Part shown: piece after piece, positions 59,563 to 64,000 of the stretch
Position numbering within the stretch: position 1 is the stretch's first letter
Layout: the number at the start of each line of letters is the position of its first letter
NCBI GenBank assembly: GCA_965644295.1
Contig: CBFFRP010000559.1
Span: 1 to 64,000, forward strand
Reading direction: 5' to 3'
Source of the DNA: Paraphysomonas bandaiensis
Taxonomy: Eukaryota; Protista; Chrysophyceae
Length of the DNA: 64,000 nt
The notes under the pieces: generated by a model
The model's input: the letters and a program-made list of their open reading frames with translations, nothing else
Told to the model about the DNA's origin: nothing
Databases searched by the model: none
Translations under genes and position numbers: made by a program

Positions 59563-60548
59563 ATGATACTCATGAATACACGTATTGGAGTGACCTTCAT
59601 CACCCTCTTCATAGCAGGTAACATCATCCTCTCTTTATCCCTCTATTCATCCATACATACATACCCATCCATCCATATACATACATCCCCATATCTCATA
59701 TATACATATATACAGGTGTAACTTATCATATGGCCAATGAAATTACACCACTTAATATTGAAGGAAATTCAACAGAGATTCAAATTGCATTACAATCAAA
59801 TGAGAATACTGATAGTCAAGAGTTGGGTCAAGGGGAGTGGGAGTGTACATGTGATCAATTGTTTTTCCCGACTAGTATACCAACATCATTACCATCATCA
59901 GGGCCAACATATGCACCAACATATGCACCAACATATGGACCAACATTTTCACCAACATTTCAACCAACATCACCACCGACTTTTCAACCTACAATACGAC
60001 CTGTATTACCTAAGTCACCTACTGTTGCACCGAGTATTCGTAGTGCTAATCAACCTTCCAAATCACCTACTAGAAGTCCTACATGTTCTCCCACTTTGAC
60101 CGTTTCTCCTACACAATCACCAACCACTACGAGCCCAACACCTGTACCGACCTCGTGTCCTTCAACTGTGCCAACCACTTTCCCTAGTGGTACCCCTACT
60201 ATAATGCCTAGTGGCCAACCTACTTCCCTTCCATCCTCGCTCCCAACCGGATGTCCTTCTAGAGTACCCACTGGACTACCAACTGGTTTGCCATCAGGTT
60301 TTCCAACTGTCTCCCCCAGCGCCCCTACTCCAGCTCCTGTAGACAACTCCCCTACATTCACTCCTACTCGTGCTCCAACCTTCAAACCTACGGCCACTCC
60401 AACTTTCAAACCGACTTTCGCGCCTACTAGTGCTCCTACCCTTCAGCCTACTGTCGTGGCTATGGTCCCCGTAAGACGGCGCAGAGGAATACCTGAGGCA
60501 GGCGATGAACACAACTCTCCTGAATCAGAGAGAAACATAATTGTATAA
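59563..60548 (+). CDS. Secreted Pro/Thr/Ser-rich mucin-like (PTxxPT repeat) protein
   Basis: Exon 1 MILMNTRIGVTFITLFIAG (signal-peptide-like) splices in frame (G|GTAAC...CAG|GT) to ORF 59730-60548, which has PTYAPT, PTFQPT and PSGQPT repeats. Confidence 0.8.
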
Positions 60549-61368
60549 GCACATTTTATTCTACTGGAAGCTGGCATCATCATTGTCGAGTTTAGCAGAA
60601 CGTTGTACAGGATAATGCCCGCTTATATTTAGCATTGCTTCTGCGTAGCGCTATGTCGTGTGTTGAAGATTAATTTCCATATTATATTATTGTTCTCCCT
60701 ATTCTATGTAGTGCTGATGCTGGGATCAGCAGGGCAGTGTCTAAAAAGTATAAATTAACCACAACACTATTAACTATTAATGATTTAAAATTATGACGAG
60801 TTTTGAATTGAATTTTAATACCATCTCTGATCTAAATCACTCCTCTAACTACAAGAAGAGTCTTTCTTATCCTCATATATTTTATCTGAAGTGTTACGTG
60901 TATACTTGCTGCTTGCTAGTTTCACCATTTCGATAACAATGTTGGATCTGACGATCACTCCATTCAGCACTTAATACCAAATATGCGTAAAATTTATATG
61001 GTAAGTGTGTGTACCACAAACGAATTCGTATAGATCTCACTGCAAAGTTAATCAGGACGCCAGAATATAAAAGAGGTAATAAGCATGAAGAATGACGACA
61101 ACCTGCAATAACTATTTTATGGCTATTGCTTCAACGGATAAGGTTAAATCGATAACACTAAGGAACTTAATGAATATTTTGATGGAGGTTGTATGCATAC
61201 CGGGTCGGATCCTCATCCCTTAATAACCCTCAACCACGATGTACTGCATTTCATACAAAACTTTACACATTGGCTTAAGCTAGTTTCTCTTTTCCTACCC
61301 TGTAACTTTGATATTTTTGACGTACTTTCAAGCTGTATGAACCGAGGTTTCTACTTTCAAGCCCTGTA

Positions 61369-61853
61369 CAAAGTCGGACTCGCACCTTTTCGTGGTGTTC
61401 TGGGGGATAAGTACCGGAGAGATTTCTCCGGGAAACTAAGGTGAGTCTACTCATAGCCTAATGCTTTGTGGTACAAGAGGGACACTAATATAAGTGTCAC
61501 TGGTGTAGATGTCTCTGGGTCTTGGCGAATAAGCAGGCATCCGATATTGGGCCCACCTCAAGGCCATCCGGGGTATTGGGCTGCCTGCTGAAGTCAAGCA
61601 TCCGGGATGTTCACCTTAAGGACTCAAAAATCCTGAAGTTAACAGATGCCAGGTGTATCAACATTCTTCTTGCTCACGGTGTTTGCTTTGAGTGATAGAA
61701 TGAAAGTAGTTGCACCTTGGTGCTTGCGGTGACGCACAGGCATCGTAGCGTTAATAGTAGGATATCAGAGTTAAACCCTAATTATTAAATTACAATGCTA
61801 AATTAGTTCTGACTCTTAAATGCCTATTGCTAATAATCAGACATTCACTACTA
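61369..61853 (+). mobile_element. Longest copy of dispersed repeat Rep1 (about 480 bp)
   Basis: Matches 14381-14457 (left), 1321-1670 (body), and 13712-13785 and 1878-1915 (right). No credible ORF. Confidence 0.65.
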
Positions 61854-62329
61854 AGGGTTTCCAGTTCCAACCTATTGAAAATCGTAAAAGTCGTGATATC
61901 ACCGTTGTCATGAGTTTTGTGATATGTCTGATAAACGATAAACACAGGAATGAGAAACTTACGTTAGCGATAGACAACTTTGGAAATAATTAACACACAG
62001 TTCAGTAATTTGCTCAATTGTACTTGTACGCAGAGGATAATAGCACAATTATAAAAATGAAATTGATAGATCTATTTATCAGTACTCGCACCAATTGTCA
62101 TAAACATAATACTATTCAAAAGAGGCGACATCAGGTTATTGGCTATCCGTAACAAAAGTAAAATATAAAAAATCTCTACGTACAACATTGCAACGTGCAT
62201 AAGTAAAACCAGTCAGCCGATGCTTAAGCAGCCGTGGAATAGATTTCGACATATACACGTCACATACTCGCATAGATTTGACTCCCATACCAGGCTACAA
62301 CACATAGATATATTATCATTTCGGGCGCA

Positions 62330-64000
62330 TCACTTGTTAGCTGCCTGCACAATAGATTCCACATCGTACTGCCCCCTGAGGAAAAGGGAATATTAACATT
62401 AGAAAGAAGTCCCATACACTATTGACTACCACCATGCGGCAATATAACATTTACACCACACACTGAAGAAGAGTGTACTGTAGTGGTATACTAACCTCTT
62501 CATTGGAGATTCTTCAGCCGATTCATAAACCTCTAGTTTTTCATATGCACTACATACGCACATGTAAACATATACACATCAGTGTGCTAATAGTCATTAC
62601 CGAGTTATTATCTTGATCACTGCGGTCCAATGTTTGTAGTCATTACCATCACCAGCCATGAATTCACCAGTTGGGAGGGGGGACAATTCTGAAAAAACCT
62701 ATGGTATACAAGCGTAAATCATAGAAGCACAAAGCGAAATGTAACACTATCCTGTTCTGCGTAAAAATATAATACATTGCTACCATACATAATTTAAAAA
62801 GTGCATACACAAGTCACAATTTCTTTCTGGACTGCATACAAATCACTATCGAAAACGCATTTTGAAAACTTACCCTGGGAGCTAGCACAAACCTATATTT
62901 CTTGACAGCCTCCTTCAAGTCATAGTCTGAAGTTGCTAGATCAAAGAGAGATATCTCACTCTGTCCTGTGAAAAGCGATCGCGCAGCCATAATACCAGTG
63001 GACATATGTTTCGGGAAATATCTGGGGTACATATGCATGTAAGTACATGTAGCACTCAAATTTCACTACTAGAGTCTAATTTATGCGGAACTTTACATAC
63101 ATACTGAACACTATATGTAGGTAAACTACATACGCATTATACCATCATCTATCATAAAGAACGTCCCACAAAATACACACCACAGGCTCACCACATCAAA
63201 AATAACGATTTCCACAGATATAATAGCATTGGTAAATACATTTCTTATAACATAATGTGTTCTTTATTCCAGTATTACAACTCATATCGCAAGCTAACCT
63301 GTAGTCCTGAACCAATCTATACTGAAATAGCTTATACGGTTTATCTGTCAGTGCATTGTTCCCCTTCTTATAGTCCTAACGGAAAGAATTAAAATACGAA
63401 GCAATGCGAAAAGTATGAATTACAAACATAGTACATCATACCTAAAAATACTATACGATGTACTGCACAATACACACATTTCAATACACAACCATTACAT
63501 TATAAACGAAAGCATGCATCGTATACTGAATTACATAACACAAGACGAATATTGCAAACACCCAAGTTCTGTTATCTACTACAATACATATTATCAACTT
63601 ATCTAGACAGGACCTACCTCTTCACTGCTATATATATCCAATCTACCCCTGTCAATGACAGCGTAACATTCGACAAGCTCTCCTCCGTCATCAATAGGTT
63701 CACGCCACCACAATCTCCCACGTGCCTTGCTCATTGCCTCCTATTCATAGTTACGGTTTAGGATATTCTATTCATACACTGCAGAGCTCATCTGAAATTC
63801 AGTGGTTTGGTACAGCAAGCATATCACAGCTCTAGCAGCAAGGCAAACAGTATATATAACATGTCACACCGCAGTAGATTCATTAACCTTCTTTAGTAGA
63901 GTTACTTCTTCCATTTCAACTTCAACATCTACAGGACTCCGACTTCGCTCATCGCTTGTATGACCTTTTGTTGGTGCTGATGACGACGTCGGAGTATGGA
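62330..64000 (-). CDS. 3' part of an unidentified multi-exon gene running off the window
   Basis: Exon-like open segments bounded by GT/AG: AMSKARGRLWWREPIDDGGELVECYAVIDRVDWIYIAVKR, PRYFPKHMSTGIMAARSLF...VLAPR, LSPLPTGEFMAGDGNDYKHWTAVIKII and GQYDVESIVQAANK*. No family recognised. Confidence 0.55.

Noticed and set aside
60050-60409. Antisense Val/Gly-rich ORF
   Set aside because: It is the mirror reading of the Pro/Thr codons of the mucin-like gene.
61369-61853. Hammerhead ribozyme in Rep1
   Set aside because: I found no CUGANGA...GAAA core with supporting stems on either strand by eye.

Overview
Eukaryotic nuclear DNA with many short GT-AG introns and the standard genetic code. It is probably from a stramenopile or related protist; this is inferred from the CDPK, the CRT-like transporter, a PTxxPT mucin-like protein and oomycete-like hAT relics. 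I reconstructed about 14 intron-containing genes by hand: a full-size ABCG transporter, TMEM184, a dual-specificity phosphatase, a coiled-coil/FCS zinc-finger protein, a CRT-like transporter, a tandem dCache protein, CDPK, RAD51, CCT2, a vWA protein, a methyltransferase-like/PhyH dioxygenase, a RING-LRR protein, a mucin-like protein and a partial unknown gene. Ten of them form five head-to-head pairs. The strongest window-wide pattern is that (ATAC)n arrays, alternating purine-pyrimidine low-complexity DNA and related minisatellites cluster at gene 5' ends and first introns, while transposon relics sit downstream of 3' ends. Other notable items: a single in-frame TAG separating the two halves of a dCache amino-acid-sensor gene, an identical 189-bp segment in two adjacent CDPK introns, a 2.3-kb telomere-like 20-mer array inside RAD51, and a hairpin-rich dispersed repeat with inverted termini. 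Gene boundaries come from manual splicing and are approximate, and no database searches were run.
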